A stretch of 64,000 nt of DNA from Candidatus Hydrothermarchaeum profundi. GTDB lineage: Archaea; Hydrothermarchaeota; Hydrothermarchaeia; Hydrothermarchaeales; Hydrothermarchaeaceae. This document shows, one piece after another, positions 9,699 to 20,788 of the stretch. The notes below the pieces were generated by a model that saw only the letters and a list, made by a program, of their open reading frames with translations, had not been told where the DNA came from and made no database searches. The DNA is taken from positions 71,019-135,018 of the forward strand of contig MTMF02000008.1 in assembly GCA_002011125.2 (NCBI GenBank), read 5' to 3'. The position numbers and the translations under genes were made by a program. Every line of letters starts with the position of its first letter. Position 1 is the stretch's first letter.

Positions 9699-11006
9699 AT
9701 GAAAATTTCTATAATTGGAGGATCGGGGGATTTTGGAAGAATCTTTGCCAAGATTTTCAGAGAAGAAGGATATGAAGTAATTATTACTGGGAGAAATGTG
9801 GAAAAAGGAGCAAAAGTCGCCAGAGAGATAGGCGTGAAATTTACAAATAATAATAAAAAAGCAGCTGAAGCAGCTGATATCGTTATCGTATCAGTTTATA
9901 TAGATAATACAGTTGAAGTTATAAAAGAAGTTGCTCCCTATGTAAGACCTGGTTGTCTTTTAATGGACTTTACCTCAGTAAAGGAAGAACCCTGTAGTGC
10001 AATGGTTAAGTTTGCGGGTGAAGATGTTGAGATTATTGGCGTTCACCCAATGTTTGGGCCTAGAATAACCTCTTTGGAGGGTCAAACTTTTATTTTAACT
10101 CCGATTAGAAGCGAAAGATGGTTGCCCTTTCTCCAAGAGTTCTTAAAAAAGCATAAGGCTAAATTTTACGTTACTACTCCTGAGGAACATGATCGCATAA
10201 TGAGTGTTGTACAGGGCTTGACTCATTTTGCATATATATCTGTTGCATCTACACTAAAAGAGCTTGACATAGATGTGAAGTATACTAAAAAGTTTGCATC
10301 GCCAATCTACGGTTTAATGTTGGATCTGATTGCTAGAATCGTAGGGCAGAGTCCCCAGCTATATGCGGCAATACAGATTCATAATCCTAGAGTGATAGAG
10401 GTTCATGAGAAATTCATAGAAGAAGCCAAAAAACTGAAGGATATAGTTGCAAGGAAAGATAAAGAATCATTTATTAAAGTGATGGTTGAGAGTTCAAAAC
10501 ATCTGGGGGACATAGATTCCGCTATGGGAAGAAGTGATAAAGCGATTCTTGCTTTGACTGGAGAGCTGAAAAAACTGAGTAGAGCGGTTGGCGAAGAAGT
10601 TGCATTAAAACACATATATTCAGGTGTAGTTCACGTTGGAAAAGTAAAACAGGTAGACCCAGATAGAGTTACTCTTATTACATTTTCTGGAAAGGAAGTT
10701 AACTTGAAGTTATCCAATGTCGAACTTTTAAGCAGGGAAGAGTTGGAGAAATGGAAGCTAGAAAACCTACCTAGGGTTATCAGAGATTTCTCAATAATGT
10801 TTGACGAAAAAGTAAATGAGGAAATTATACTGAAGGTTGTAAAGTCTTTTGATAAAAGGATAGTGGATTGTTCATTGCTGGATATCTATAGAGGAAAACA
10901 GATTCCGAAGGGAAAAAAAAGTATTACTATAAGAGTAGAAGGATATGAGCTAGATTTCAAAAAAATAGAAGAGTTGTTTAGAGGAATTGGAGGAATATTA
11001 AGATAG
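9699..11006 (+). CDS. tyrA: Prephenate dehydrogenase with C-terminal ferredoxin-fold (FDX-ACB-like) domain
   Basis: IIGGSGDFG, TSVK, HPMFGP, EHDRIMSVVQGLTH; C-term DIYRGKQIPKGKKSITIR. Confidence 0.9.
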   Translation: MKISIIGGSGDFGRIFAKIFREEGYEVIITGRNVEKGAKVAREIGVKFTNNNKKAAEAADIVIVSVYIDNTVEVIKEVAPYVRPGCLLMDFTSVKEEPCSAMVKFAGEDVEIIGVHPMFGPRITSLEGQTFILTPIRSERWLPFLQEFLKKHKAKFYVTTPEEHDRIMSVVQGLTHFAYISVASTLKELDIDVKYTKKFASPIYGLMLDLIARIVGQSPQLYAAIQIHNPRVIEVHEKFIEEAKKLKDIVARKDKESFIKVMVESSKHLGDIDSAMGRSDKAILALTGELKKLSRAVGEEVALKHIYSGVVHVGKVKQVDPDRVTLITFSGKEVNLKLSNVELLSREELEKWKLENLPRVIRDFSIMFDEKVNEEIILKVVKSFDKRIVDCSLLDIYRGKQIPKGKKSITIRVEGYELDFKKIEELFRGIGGILR

Positions 11007-11285
11007 TTCATCTAAAAAATAAGTATATAAGGCCTAACCAGCTGAGAATAAATACAATACTCCAAAGTTGCAGTAGTAGTATTTCGTATTTGGACTTTAA
11101 AGTCAGTCTCTCTTTAACTCTCATTCTACGTTTTTCATACATACCCTAATATATGGTAAAAGAAATATTTAAGCTTTATTTTGAAAAAAAAATTCCAAAA
11201 AATCATATATTTAAAAATTTATTTAAAATAAGGCTTTTAATTGTTTAAAAAAGTAAACAAAATCACAGAATGTGTAAAGAATATT

Positions 11286-11741
11286 TCACAATAATTCGGT
11301 TAATAGAACTTTGAACCATCCGAGCTTAGGTACTACGAGGACTACTCTCCCTTTTATGAGGTCTTCGCTTATTGGAGGGGCTATTCCTGACTGCTGATCT
11401 GAAAATCGATTAGTTATCCTATTGTCCCCTTTTGTTATAAAGTAGCGTCTACCGTCTACTTCTTCTATACCTATAACTCTATGTACTACGGGGATACCTC
11501 TCCACGGGTTTTCAAAAACTATAATGTCCCCAACTTTTATTTCATCTGGATCTACTCCTTTAACTATTACTAAATCACCTTTATGAAAAGTGGGCTCCAT
11601 ACTGTTGGATACAACCGCCATAATAGGTTTCTCAGTACCGAGCGCATGACCTAAACCAATATTAATAATGTTAGCGAGAATCAAGCCCAGCACTACATAA
11701 ATTACGGTTTCCTTTATTTCTTTCTTCAAGTCCATATTCAA
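11286..11741 (-). CDS. sec11: Archaeal signal peptidase I (Sec11 type)
   Basis: VSNSMEP, GDLV, VHRV, TKGDN. Confidence 0.9.
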   Translation of the reverse strand: MNMDLKKEIKETVIYVVLGLILANIINIGLGHALGTEKPIMAVVSNSMEPTFHKGDLVIVKGVDPDEIKVGDIIVFENPWRGIPVVHRVIGIEEVDGRRYFITKGDNRITNRFSDQQSGIAPPISEDLIKGRVVLVVPKLGWFKVLLTELL

Positions 11742-11888
11742 AAAGTTCAGGGGTATCCACTAAAAATATATGTGAAACATCTATTAAGATACCCAAGAAG
11801 AATTTGATTTTATTTAATGAATTTCTTAAAGGGTTAAATTCTCATCAACGTTAAGTTCAATTTAAATAACAAAAATCTAGGCGGTAGA

Positions 11889-12485
11889 ATGGAAGAAATT
11901 GAAAAAGAGTGGGACAGGATATATAGGCTTTACTCGCCCTCTCAGCTTCCTTGGGAAACAGGCACTCCCTCTGAGGACCTAGTAGAACTAATTGACAAAG
12001 GCGAGATCGAAAAGGGCAATATTTTAGATATTTGTTCTGGCCTTGGTACACACTTGCGTTACTTAGCAAGAAAAGGCTTTGAAGTATATGGGATTGATAT
12101 ATCACCCACAGCTGTAGAGTATGCTATGAAGAGATGTAAAGAGGAAGGCTTAACTTGTCATATAACCTCTGGAAATGCAGCTGACCTCAAATATCCTGAA
12201 AAATTTTTCACTTTTGTATTTGATAGAGGATGTTTTCATCACATGCAGATTCAGGATAGGGAGAATTATATTAAGGGGATCTATAGGGTTTTAAGGGATA
12301 ACGGTAAATATTACATGGCGTGTTTTAGTGATAGAAATGGGAGAGGATGGAATCATTTTACTGAAGAGCAGATAAGGAGGTATTTTGAACCTTACTTTAA
12401 AATTAAAAGCATTAGGGAAATAGTCCACAGGGAGCCAAATAGCGCAAAAGTCTACCTTTTTGCGGTATTTATGGAGAAGCGATGA
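11889..12485 (+). CDS. Class I SAM-dependent methyltransferase
   Basis: LPW, LDICSGLG, GIDIS, FDRGCFH. Confidence 0.85.
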   Translation: MEEIEKEWDRIYRLYSPSQLPWETGTPSEDLVELIDKGEIEKGNILDICSGLGTHLRYLARKGFEVYGIDISPTAVEYAMKRCKEEGLTCHITSGNAADLKYPEKFFTFVFDRGCFHHMQIQDRENYIKGIYRVLRDNGKYYMACFSDRNGRGWNHFTEEQIRRYFEPYFKIKSIREIVHREPNSAKVYLFAVFMEKR

Positions 12486-12588
12486 TTGTAAAAAGAGATT
12501 TGTAAGAATTTATAACTATTGTAAAAGTTTTAAAATTTGATATGGAAAACTAGTAGTATAAAAATAATTGATGTTGATTTAAGATTTT

Positions 12589-12849
12589 TCAAGGGTGGAG
12601 GGGCTTTTCAAGCTGTTGTCCTAAGTCACAGCTGTCGCATTCTTCAAGGTAAGGTCCACCTGCTGCGAAGCAACAGTCTATACATATATTAAACCCCATT
12701 ACAGAACAGTTTGCAACGCTTTTAATAACAACTCCTAGCGCCTCTAACTGCTCTGCGGATACCCCGCAGATCTCGCAGTATTCATCGGACTCCATATCAC
12801 TCAACAATTTGATTAACGTCTTAAATAAATCAAGTGAATTTGTATTCAA
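12589..12849 (-). CDS. Small Cys-rich hypothetical protein
   Basis: CEIC, CIDCC, CDSC motifs. Confidence 0.5.
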   Translation of the reverse strand: MNTNSLDLFKTLIKLLSDMESDEYCEICGVSAEQLEALGVVIKSVANCSVMGFNICIDCCFAAGGPYLEECDSCDLGQQLEKPLHP

Positions 12850-12954
12850 AAATGTTCATTAATTTTGAAGAAACAATCATTTACGGATAACTTTTATTCA
12901 TATTTTCTTGATCGTGAGTGAGATTTTTAAAAAGGGTTAGGATATAATAATCAG

Positions 12955-14043
12955 CTAATATTCTTTAATAATCTTGTAGAGAGTCGTTCTTTGAGCGGCA
13001 GGCCTGCCTATATCTTTAATCAATCGGACTATTTTTTCTGGTGGTAAATAGTTACTTTTAACGCCTGCAGCTCTTACCACGTTTTCCTCTATCATTGTCC
13101 CTCCAAAGTCGTTCGCACCATAAAACAAAGCTATCTGTGCTACTTTTGTACCTTGAGTAACCCAGGATGCCTGTATATTTCTAATATTATTAAGAATTAA
13201 TCTAGATATAGCCACAATTTTCAAATAGTCTACTCCGGTAGAACTCATGTAGGTCTCTCTTGCTAGCTTTGTATTTTGAGGTTGGAAACTCCAGGGTATA
13301 AACGCAGTAAATCCTCCTGTTTTGTCCTGGATTTCTCTAATTCTAATAAGATGTTTTATCCTACTTTTATAAGATTCACCAAGACCGTACACCATAGTAG
13401 CGGTCGTAGGCAAACCTAACGAATGAGCGGTAACCATCACTTTTTTCCACTCTTCCCAGCTAATCTTGTTAGGGCTTACCTTCTTCCTAATTTCATCATC
13501 AAGTATCTCTGCTCCCCCGCCAGGTAAACTCTGTAAGCCTGCCTCTATAAGCCTCTCCAAGGTTTCTCTAAGACTGATACCAGAAGTTTTGGATATAAAG
13601 TGTATCTCGCTGGGCGAGAAAAAGTGTCTTTGCACGTGGGGAAATCTCTCTTGAGTTGCCTTCAGAATATCTTCGTAATATTCTATCGGCAGATCAGGGT
13701 TTAATCCTCCCTGTAATAATATTTGAGTAGCACCTAAGTCGACAGCTTTTTTTATTTTTTCCATGATCTCTTCGAGAGTTAGAGTATATGCTTCTCTTGA
13801 TTTTTTAGATCTGTAAAAAGCGCAGAACTTACATCCGCTTACACATACATTAGTATAATTTATGTTGCTGTCTATAACAAAGGTAACGAGGTCTCCGCAA
13901 ACCATTTTCCTCAAGGTATCAGCGACGGTACCTAAACTTACTAGATCATTATTTTTGAATAAAGCTAAACCCTCTTCTATGTCTAGGGGTTCTCTTGCCA
14001 ATGCTTTTTCATATATCGCCGTTAGCTCAGTTTCAATTAGCAT
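12955..14043 (-). CDS. mqnC: Cyclic dehypoxanthinyl futalosine synthase
   Basis: NINYTNVCVSGCKFCAF, LLQGG, PGGGAE, QASWVTQG, GANDFGG. Confidence 0.92.
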   Translation of the reverse strand: MLIETELTAIYEKALAREPLDIEEGLALFKNNDLVSLGTVADTLRKMVCGDLVTFVIDSNINYTNVCVSGCKFCAFYRSKKSREAYTLTLEEIMEKIKKAVDLGATQILLQGGLNPDLPIEYYEDILKATQERFPHVQRHFFSPSEIHFISKTSGISLRETLERLIEAGLQSLPGGGAEILDDEIRKKVSPNKISWEEWKKVMVTAHSLGLPTTATMVYGLGESYKSRIKHLIRIREIQDKTGGFTAFIPWSFQPQNTKLARETYMSSTGVDYLKIVAISRLILNNIRNIQASWVTQGTKVAQIALFYGANDFGGTMIEENVVRAAGVKSNYLPPEKIVRLIKDIGRPAAQRTTLYKIIKEY

Positions 14044-14870
14044 TTCGCAACACCGAAAAAATCTAGCTCCGGTTTTTCAGTCAATATACCGTATTTAAAA
14101 GCTTTTTCAAAATAGACTTCAAGTCCCCTGATACTGCGTGCATCCAGATCGTAATCTATTAGTTCAAGATGTTTTTTCATAAAACTCTGACTTACTCCAA
14201 GCTCCTCTGCCAGCCGTGCTGATATGTAGTCCATCTCTTTAAAAGCTTTATCTCTAGATTTCACAAGATAATTATAGAATCTCTCTATCTCATGAGGCTT
14301 CTGGATAGCGGATTGTTTATTTATTACCCACAGAGCATACACCATCTTCTCTCCAGTTAGTTTCATCCATTCTTCCCCTAAATCACAGATATACCTTCTG
14401 CCAGCGTAGTTGGCTTTAAGAGCATGGTCTCCAATGAGGAGAGCAGCATCAGCTTTTTGAAGCATTGAGTCAAGATCTGGTTCCGGGTGATTAAAAAACT
14501 CCACATTTATATCATGTAATTGTAATATGATCCTCAGTAGTGCAGCAGAAGTAGCTGTTGTACCAGGTATAGCTATTGTTTTGCTCTCTATTTCTGAAAG
14601 TTCATCAAAATCATCTGAAAATAATATAATGCTCATGGTTTTACCTAACGCGCTTATGCTGAAATCTGGTAGAAGACAGAATTCTCTGAAATATTGCCCG
14701 TAGATTATTGAAGAGACAGGAGCAATATCTATGCTCCCCTCTCGAAGCATTACCCCTAGTTCCGGAGGGTGCCCCCTAACATAACTCAGATCATCTGCTG
14801 TGATCATCCCGTTGGTAAGTGGATAGTAGACGAAATCTGTGTTTTTGAAATAAGTTTGACCTATTATCAT
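14037..14870 (-). CDS. mqnA: Chorismate dehydratase
   Basis: DIAPVSS, TATS, LLIGDHAL, DLGEEW, MVYALW; between mqnE and mqnC. Confidence 0.85.
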   Translation of the reverse strand: MIIGQTYFKNTDFVYYPLTNGMITADDLSYVRGHPPELGVMLREGSIDIAPVSSIIYGQYFREFCLLPDFSISALGKTMSIILFSDDFDELSEIESKTIAIPGTTATSAALLRIILQLHDINVEFFNHPEPDLDSMLQKADAALLIGDHALKANYAGRRYICDLGEEWMKLTGEKMVYALWVINKQSAIQKPHEIERFYNYLVKSRDKAFKEMDYISARLAEELGVSQSFMKKHLELIDYDLDARSIRGLEVYFEKAFKYGILTEKPELDFFGVAKC

Positions 14871-14874
14871 CTAT

Positions 14875-16020
14875 TTACTCCCTATATACTCTCAAAATCT
14901 CATGGACCGAGGTGCGTAAGGCGGGGATTCTGCCAGCATTCCTTATAAGGGCAAGCAATTTTTTTTCTGTCATCATTCCTCCAGCAATACCTCCAGCAGC
15001 TTTAGTTATACGTTCCTCTACAACAGTTCCTTCGAGGTCATTTGCTCCATAATGAAGGGATATCTGAGCTAGTTTCTCTCCAAGCATAACCCAATACGCT
15101 TTGATATTAGTTATGTAGTCATTAAGCATTATTCTTGAAATAGCGATAGTTCTAAGGATATCAAAACCGCTTGGACCCTCCTCTGATACAAGTCCATCCT
15201 TTAATAGTGGGGTATTCTTTGGGTGAAACGGAAGAGGAATGAAAGCTTGAAATCCATTGGTTTCTTTCTGGGCTTTTCTCAGCCACAGTAAATGGTCCAC
15301 ACGATCCTCTTTGGACTCTAAATGTCCAAATAACATTGTGGCGTTACTTTTTATTCCAAGTAAATGGGCTTCTTTCATTATTTTTATCCAACCCTCAGCA
15401 GAAACTTTGTTTGGGCATATCTTCTTGCGCAATTCCTCATTTAGTATCTCGGCGCCTCCTCCAGGCATACTCCCCAGGCCTGCATCTTTAAGCCGTTGCA
15501 GAACCTCCTTTGTGCTTAACCCCGAGATTTCTGAAAAATAGTTGATCTCCGCCGCTGTAAAAGCCTGTATATGAACTTCAGGAAACTTCTTTTTTATCAT
15601 TTTAACCATTTCCTCGTAGAATTCAAATGGCAAATCTGGGTGGTGACTCCCAACTATATGGAAGTCCTTTATACCTTTCTTCACAGAGCCTTCAACTTTC
15701 TTTAGGATCTCATCTATAGACATAGTATATGATCCAGCTTGGCCTTTTTCTCTGTAGTAGGCACAAAAAGAGCACTTAGAAATACAGACATTAGTATAGT
15801 TTATATGCCGATTCAAAGCGAAAGTTACAATATCCCCTACAGTTCTTTTGCGTAGTTCATCTGCTAGTGCTCCCAAAGCGAGTAAATTATTAGTGTTAAA
15901 AAGTGTAATACCATCGCTTCTATCAAGCTCCTCTCCTGCTAAGGATTTGTCAATAACATCCTTTAAATCGCTGTCATTAATATATTTGTATAATAACAAT
16001 TCAGTACCCCTTCTTACCAC
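14875..16020 (-). CDS. mqnE: Aminofutalosine synthase
   Basis: NRHINYTNVCISKCSFCAY, PGGGAE, NATMLFGH, IKAYWVMLG, GTVVEERI. Confidence 0.92.
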   Translation of the reverse strand: MVRRGTELLLYKYINDSDLKDVIDKSLAGEELDRSDGITLFNTNNLLALGALADELRKRTVGDIVTFALNRHINYTNVCISKCSFCAYYREKGQAGSYTMSIDEILKKVEGSVKKGIKDFHIVGSHHPDLPFEFYEEMVKMIKKKFPEVHIQAFTAAEINYFSEISGLSTKEVLQRLKDAGLGSMPGGGAEILNEELRKKICPNKVSAEGWIKIMKEAHLLGIKSNATMLFGHLESKEDRVDHLLWLRKAQKETNGFQAFIPLPFHPKNTPLLKDGLVSEEGPSGFDILRTIAISRIMLNDYITNIKAYWVMLGEKLAQISLHYGANDLEGTVVEERITKAAGGIAGGMMTEKKLLALIRNAGRIPALRTSVHEILRVYRE

Positions 16021-16488
16021 TTCGCAGTAGTGGTATTTATTATTTATGGAGCCGGAACAGTTGTAAAATTATAGATATTTATCTTCTATATCACGGTCTT
16101 CGATTCTTTTTTCCAAAGTTGAAGCCTAAAAAGGTTTTATATTTTCTAAAAGAAACTAAATTCTTGGCAAAACAGTTATATTACTTTAGGAGGTAATCAT
16201 CTAGGTTTGTATAGTGCAGTATCGATCACAAAGTGATTCTCTTTTCTGCATTTCCTTTAGAGTCTCTCGGAATCATTCCGAGTCGTAGTTCTTTCATCAG
16301 ATTATCCCAGCGTCTTTTAATTTCAGATTCCGCATAAGTTGGTGTAGGGATATTTTTTGCTGTCATAAAACCCTATTTCTAAAGGATAAGTGCAAGTATT
16401 TTTGGTTTACATAAATGGTTGAAAAGGTATACGCTTATGTCTTAAGATTTAGAAAGCTTTTTTATTTCTAGCCTTGTAATCGAGAAAG

Positions 16489-16848
16489 ATGGAGGATAAT
16501 TGTGAAAGATTTAAGCTAATATTTTTAGGTAACATTTTGCTATTTGGACTAGTACTTTTCAATGAAATTAGTATAATCACCGGGAAAATAGAGTTAATGC
16601 GCTTTTTTATGGTGCTGGTAGTTCTCTTATTAGCCTTTAAAAATAGAAGCTACAGGCTCATTAATTCTAAAATAAAATGTTCGCGTTCGTTTTTTGAAAT
16701 TTCTTTTAAAATCGCTATAGTGCTTTTAGGGGTAAGTCTGCTCATAGAGCCTTTTGGTTTTCCTGTTGTTAGCAAGTACTCTCTTTTTATCCTAGCAATT
16801 ATAGGAGCACAGTCTTACCTTATGGCAAAAAAGCTGGATAAGCATTGA
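16489..16848 (+). CDS. Hypothetical membrane protein
   Basis: Four hydrophobic segments. Confidence 0.55.
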   Translation: MEDNCERFKLIFLGNILLFGLVLFNEISIITGKIELMRFFMVLVVLLLAFKNRSYRLINSKIKCSRSFFEISFKIAIVLLGVSLLIEPFGFPVVSKYSLFILAIIGAQSYLMAKKLDKH

Positions 16849-16901
16849 TTTCTAAAACTATCCCAAAGAATTATAATTAAGAATCGATATTCATCAAAAA
16901 T

Positions 16902-17726
16902 ATGTCTAGGATACTAATAGCTCACAGTCCAGATTCAGACGATGCATTCATGTTTTATGCGCTGATAACAGGTAAAGTCGGATGCGAACAGCTGGAATTC
17001 GAGCAGATACTCGCGGATATTGAAACACTAAATCAAAAAGCATTAAAAGGCGAATATGAGGTAAGCGCAGTATCGATACATGCGTATCCTTACATAGCAG
17101 ATAAATATGTACTCATGAATAGTGGAGCAAGTATGGGGTATAACTACGGGCCAATTGTTGTCTCAAAAGAGCCTATGGAAAGTTTAAAAGGTAAAAAAGT
17201 AGCAGTTCCAGGAAAATTAACTTCCGCGTTTCTAGAATTAAAGCTATATGAAGAAGAATTTACTCCGATCTTTATAAACTTTGATAGGATTATAGACGCT
17301 GTGGATAATGAAAAGGTAGATGCGGGGCTCATAATTCATGAAGGTCAGTTAACGTATAGGAGTAAAAAACTCTACAAGGTTGTAGATCTAGGTGAGTGGT
17401 GGTACGAGGAAACTGGTTTACCTCTGCCTTTAGGGGGAAATGTAATCCGAAAGGATATAGGAAAAGAACTAATGGAGAAGATTGCCTTATGTGTAAAGAA
17501 AAGCATTTTGTATGCACAGTCTCATGAAGATGAGGCTTTAGAATATGCGATGAAATTCGGGAGAGGTCTCCGTAATCAAGAAGCAAAGAAGTTTGTAAGA
17601 ATGTATGTTAATGAGTTTACGGTTGATTACGGTGAGAAGGGCAGAGAGGCAGTGAGGCTTCTGTTGGAGAGGGGGTATGAAAGAGGTCTTATTCCTGTAA
17701 AAGTGGAACCGGAGTTTATTGGATAG
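16902..17726 (+). CDS. mqnD: 1,4-dihydroxy-6-naphthoate synthase
   Basis: AHSPDSDDAFMFY, DIETLN, GYNYGP, IIHEGQ, LPLPLG. Confidence 0.93.
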   Translation: MSRILIAHSPDSDDAFMFYALITGKVGCEQLEFEQILADIETLNQKALKGEYEVSAVSIHAYPYIADKYVLMNSGASMGYNYGPIVVSKEPMESLKGKKVAVPGKLTSAFLELKLYEEEFTPIFINFDRIIDAVDNEKVDAGLIIHEGQLTYRSKKLYKVVDLGEWWYEETGLPLPLGGNVIRKDIGKELMEKIALCVKKSILYAQSHEDEALEYAMKFGRGLRNQEAKKFVRMYVNEFTVDYGEKGREAVRLLLERGYERGLIPVKVEPEFIG

Positions 17727-17735
17727 TTTTCTGTT

Positions 17736-18587
17736 TTAAAGTAGAATATCCGCTCCTATGAATATCAAGAAACAGATTCCTACGACTGCATTAACATTGA
17801 AAAAAGCGATAGGGACTTTTTGCAGGTTAGTAGGGCTGATTATTAAATGTTCATAAACGAGGAGAATAGAAATAACTCCAATTCCTATCAGGAATATCGT
17901 TTGGAGATCTACAAAAAATCTCAATGAAATAAGGAAAAAAACGGTTAAGGCATGAAAAAGGGCGGATATTTTTAGTCCCTCTTTTATGCCAAACACCTTA
18001 GGTATCGATTTAAGTCCATATTGTTTATCGAACTCTAAGTCTTGGTAAGAGTAGATAACATCGAAGCCAGCCACCCAGAATGTAACAGCAAGACCTAATA
18101 ATATAGGGGCGAGGTCAAGTGAGGCCGTTACAGCTACCCAAGCGCCGACAGGCGCTATCCCAAGGGTCATGCCAAGCACTATATGTGAGAGGCATGTGTA
18201 TCTCTTGAGGTAAGGGTAAATCACGAAGAGGGCGACTGCGAAAGGATATAGTACAACACAGAGCCAATTGAGCATCAGAGCAGATATGAATAGCATAGTC
18301 AATGAGAATGCAATGTACATCTTAATTTCTTTCTCGCTGATTAATCCGGAAGGAAGTGCTCTGTTACGTGTCCTAGGGTTTTTTGCGTCAATTTCTCTAT
18401 CTATAAGTCTGTTTAACGACATAGCAGCGGTTCTTGCGCTTATCAAACCAATAGTTATCCAAAAAAGAACCCATACAGAGGGGATTCCTTTCGCTGCGAG
18501 TATCGCTCCAGAATATAGAAAAGGCATGCTGAAAACCGTATGCTCTATTTTTATATCCTTAAAAAATATTTCTAGCTTGCTGGGCAT
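17736..18587 (-). CDS. ubiA: UbiA-family polyprenyltransferase (MqnP)
   Basis: IKIEHTVF, NRLIDREIDAKNPRT, YPYLKR, GFDVIYSYQD; start at ATG 18587 with SD. Confidence 0.9.
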   Translation of the reverse strand: MPSKLEIFFKDIKIEHTVFSMPFLYSGAILAAKGIPSVWVLFWITIGLISARTAAMSLNRLIDREIDAKNPRTRNRALPSGLISEKEIKMYIAFSLTMLFISALMLNWLCVVLYPFAVALFVIYPYLKRYTCLSHIVLGMTLGIAPVGAWVAVTASLDLAPILLGLAVTFWVAGFDVIYSYQDLEFDKQYGLKSIPKVFGIKEGLKISALFHALTVFFLISLRFFVDLQTIFLIGIGVISILLVYEHLIISPTNLQKVPIAFFNVNAVVGICFLIFIGADILL

Positions 18588-18604
18588 CCTACCACCAAAT
18601 AGGA

Positions 18605-20053
18605 TTAGATCCCATAGTCTTTCCACTTCTTATCTACTAGTTCCTTAATCTCGCTGGTCATCGTGATTACCTCTGGCCATTCTCTCTCAAATCCCTCTTC
18701 TTTCAGTTTTCTTGTTGCATCAATACCTATTTTAGAACCTAGGTTTGACAATGGAGTAGCATGGTCAAGACTGTCCATAGGAGTTCTCTCTATGATAGTA
18801 ATGTCTCTTGCTGGATCAATCCTTGTCGAAACTGCCCACAGGACTTCTGATAGGTTATGTATGTCAACATCGTGATCGACCACGACTATTACTTTCGTGA
18901 ACATCATCTGTCCCAATCCCCATAAAGCTAGCATCACTTTCTTGGCATGCCCCGGGTATCTTTTCTTTATAGATACTATGGCAAGATTATGAAACACACT
19001 CTCGATAGGGAGATTTATGTCAACGATTTCTGGGAACTGTGCTCGTAGGAGTGGCAGAAATATTCTTTCTACAGCCTTACCTAGGTAAGCATCTTCCATA
19101 GGGGGAACCCCTACAATCGTAGTTGGATAAACAGGATTTTCTTTATGGGTTATGCAGGTTATATGAAAAACCGGATAAAGATCTGCCAGAGAATAGTAGC
19201 CTGTATGGTCACCGAAAGGGCCTTCAGTTCTCCTTTCTTCAGGATCCACATACCCCTCAAGCACTATCTCCGCATTTGCTGGCACTTCAAGACCTATTGT
19301 TTTGCATTTAACTAGCTCAACGGGTTTCTTTCGTATGAAACCTGCGAAGACTAGTTCGTCAAAACCTTCAGGTAGAGGTGCAACTGCTGAGAATATAGTA
19401 GCAGGGTCCCCTCCTAACGCTACGGCTACCTCAAGTCGCTCATTGCTTTTTTCGGCAGTATTAAAATGTTTAGCTCCGTGTTTGTGTATCTGCCAATGCA
19501 TGCCTGTTGTTCTACTATCATAGACTTGCATTCGGTACATACCTACATTTCTTTCTCCTGTATCAGGGTCTTTAGTGAAAACTAAGGGAAGGGTGATATA
19601 CCTGCCCCCATCTTTTGGCCAGCATTTTATAATCGGAAACTCGTTGAGATCAGCTTCTTCTCCTATTTTCACGACTTGTTGGCATGGGGCTTTTTTAACT
19701 ATTTTTGGAGGATAAGAGAGTAATTCCTTCACTTTCGATATCCCTTTCATCTTTTCTATAAGTCCTGAGGGGACCTTTGGTCTCAGTAACTCAGACATTC
19801 TTATTCCAATTCCTTCAAGGTTATCTGTCTCTAAAGCTAACTTCATCCTTTCCATGGTACCAAAGAGATTGCCTACTACAGGTATATCACAGTCTTTGAC
19901 GTTCTCAAATAGAATGGCAGGTCCCTTTTGTTTCACAGTTCTGTCAAGTATCTCGGTTATTTCTAGGTCTCTGTCAACTTCAGTGTGAACTCTCTTAAGT
20001 TCTCCCTTCTCCTCAAGTACTTCAATAAAATTCTGAAGGTCCAAGTAAACCAT
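18605..20053 (-). CDS. ubiD: UbiD-family menaquinone biosynthesis decarboxylase (MqnL)
   Basis: NVGMYRMQ, EGPFGDHTGYY, KKRYPGHA, KIGIDATRK. Confidence 0.93.
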   Translation of the reverse strand: MVYLDLQNFIEVLEEKGELKRVHTEVDRDLEITEILDRTVKQKGPAILFENVKDCDIPVVGNLFGTMERMKLALETDNLEGIGIRMSELLRPKVPSGLIEKMKGISKVKELLSYPPKIVKKAPCQQVVKIGEEADLNEFPIIKCWPKDGGRYITLPLVFTKDPDTGERNVGMYRMQVYDSRTTGMHWQIHKHGAKHFNTAEKSNERLEVAVALGGDPATIFSAVAPLPEGFDELVFAGFIRKKPVELVKCKTIGLEVPANAEIVLEGYVDPEERRTEGPFGDHTGYYSLADLYPVFHITCITHKENPVYPTTIVGVPPMEDAYLGKAVERIFLPLLRAQFPEIVDINLPIESVFHNLAIVSIKKRYPGHAKKVMLALWGLGQMMFTKVIVVVDHDVDIHNLSEVLWAVSTRIDPARDITIIERTPMDSLDHATPLSNLGSKIGIDATRKLKEEGFEREWPEVITMTSEIKELVDKKWKDYGI

Positions 20054-20147
20054 TAGAACTCCATTTTATAATAGGGTATTATTAAAATTTCCCAATCACT
20101 AATCGATTTAATACAATACTTATCTATGAAAATTTTAAATATAGCTC

Positions 20148-20570
20148 ATGAAAGGGATTCAAATTGCGGCTAAAGTAACTGCTGGAATAAGTGCATTACT
20201 TGCAGTGACTATGACTTTGTATGTGGTATTGACGCCTGATTTTTATGTAACATACTCCGAAATAGTTGTAGAAACCTTGAATGGAGATTTAGATCGGGTT
20301 AGTAAAATTGGTACTTCTTCCTATCTTCAGGTAAATGGCTTATATGGGCTTATACCCCTTGCTATACCCATTATGCTTTCACTCTTTGGTTATTGGACGT
20401 TATTCTGGGTAACTAAATCCAGGTTGATTATAATCTGGACGATCGCGATTCTGCTACTTCTTTTTTCATTTTTGTTTATATTTTCGATAGGACTAGGCTA
20501 TGTTCCATCAGGTATTGCTATGATATTAGCAGCGATTTTTGAAACTTTTCATTTTTGTAAAGCAAGATAA
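20148..20570 (+). CDS. Hypothetical membrane protein
   Basis: Several TM segments. Confidence 0.6.
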   Translation: MKGIQIAAKVTAGISALLAVTMTLYVVLTPDFYVTYSEIVVETLNGDLDRVSKIGTSSYLQVNGLYGLIPLAIPIMLSLFGYWTLFWVTKSRLIIIWTIAILLLLFSFLFIFSIGLGYVPSGIAMILAAIFETFHFCKAR

Positions 20571-20788
20571 AATGCTGTTTCTTTTTATAAAATAGATAAC
20601 ACTACCTACTCTTTTTTCTTGTCTTCTTTATGGTGATATTTTAAAAAGTCTTGTAGTGAACAGAGGAGTCCGCATTTATCTGGATTTTTATCGTAATAGG
20701 GTTTTGCTTGCATCATATTACTAATTTAGAAAATTCACTATTAAAGGGATAACGGTAAAGTTATAAGTTATCTCTTCAATTTATTGGC

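Noticed and set aside
9699-11006. TyrA fused to an FDX-ACB-like domain as a novelty
   Set aside because: Similar long TyrA proteins are known to me from methanogenic archaea
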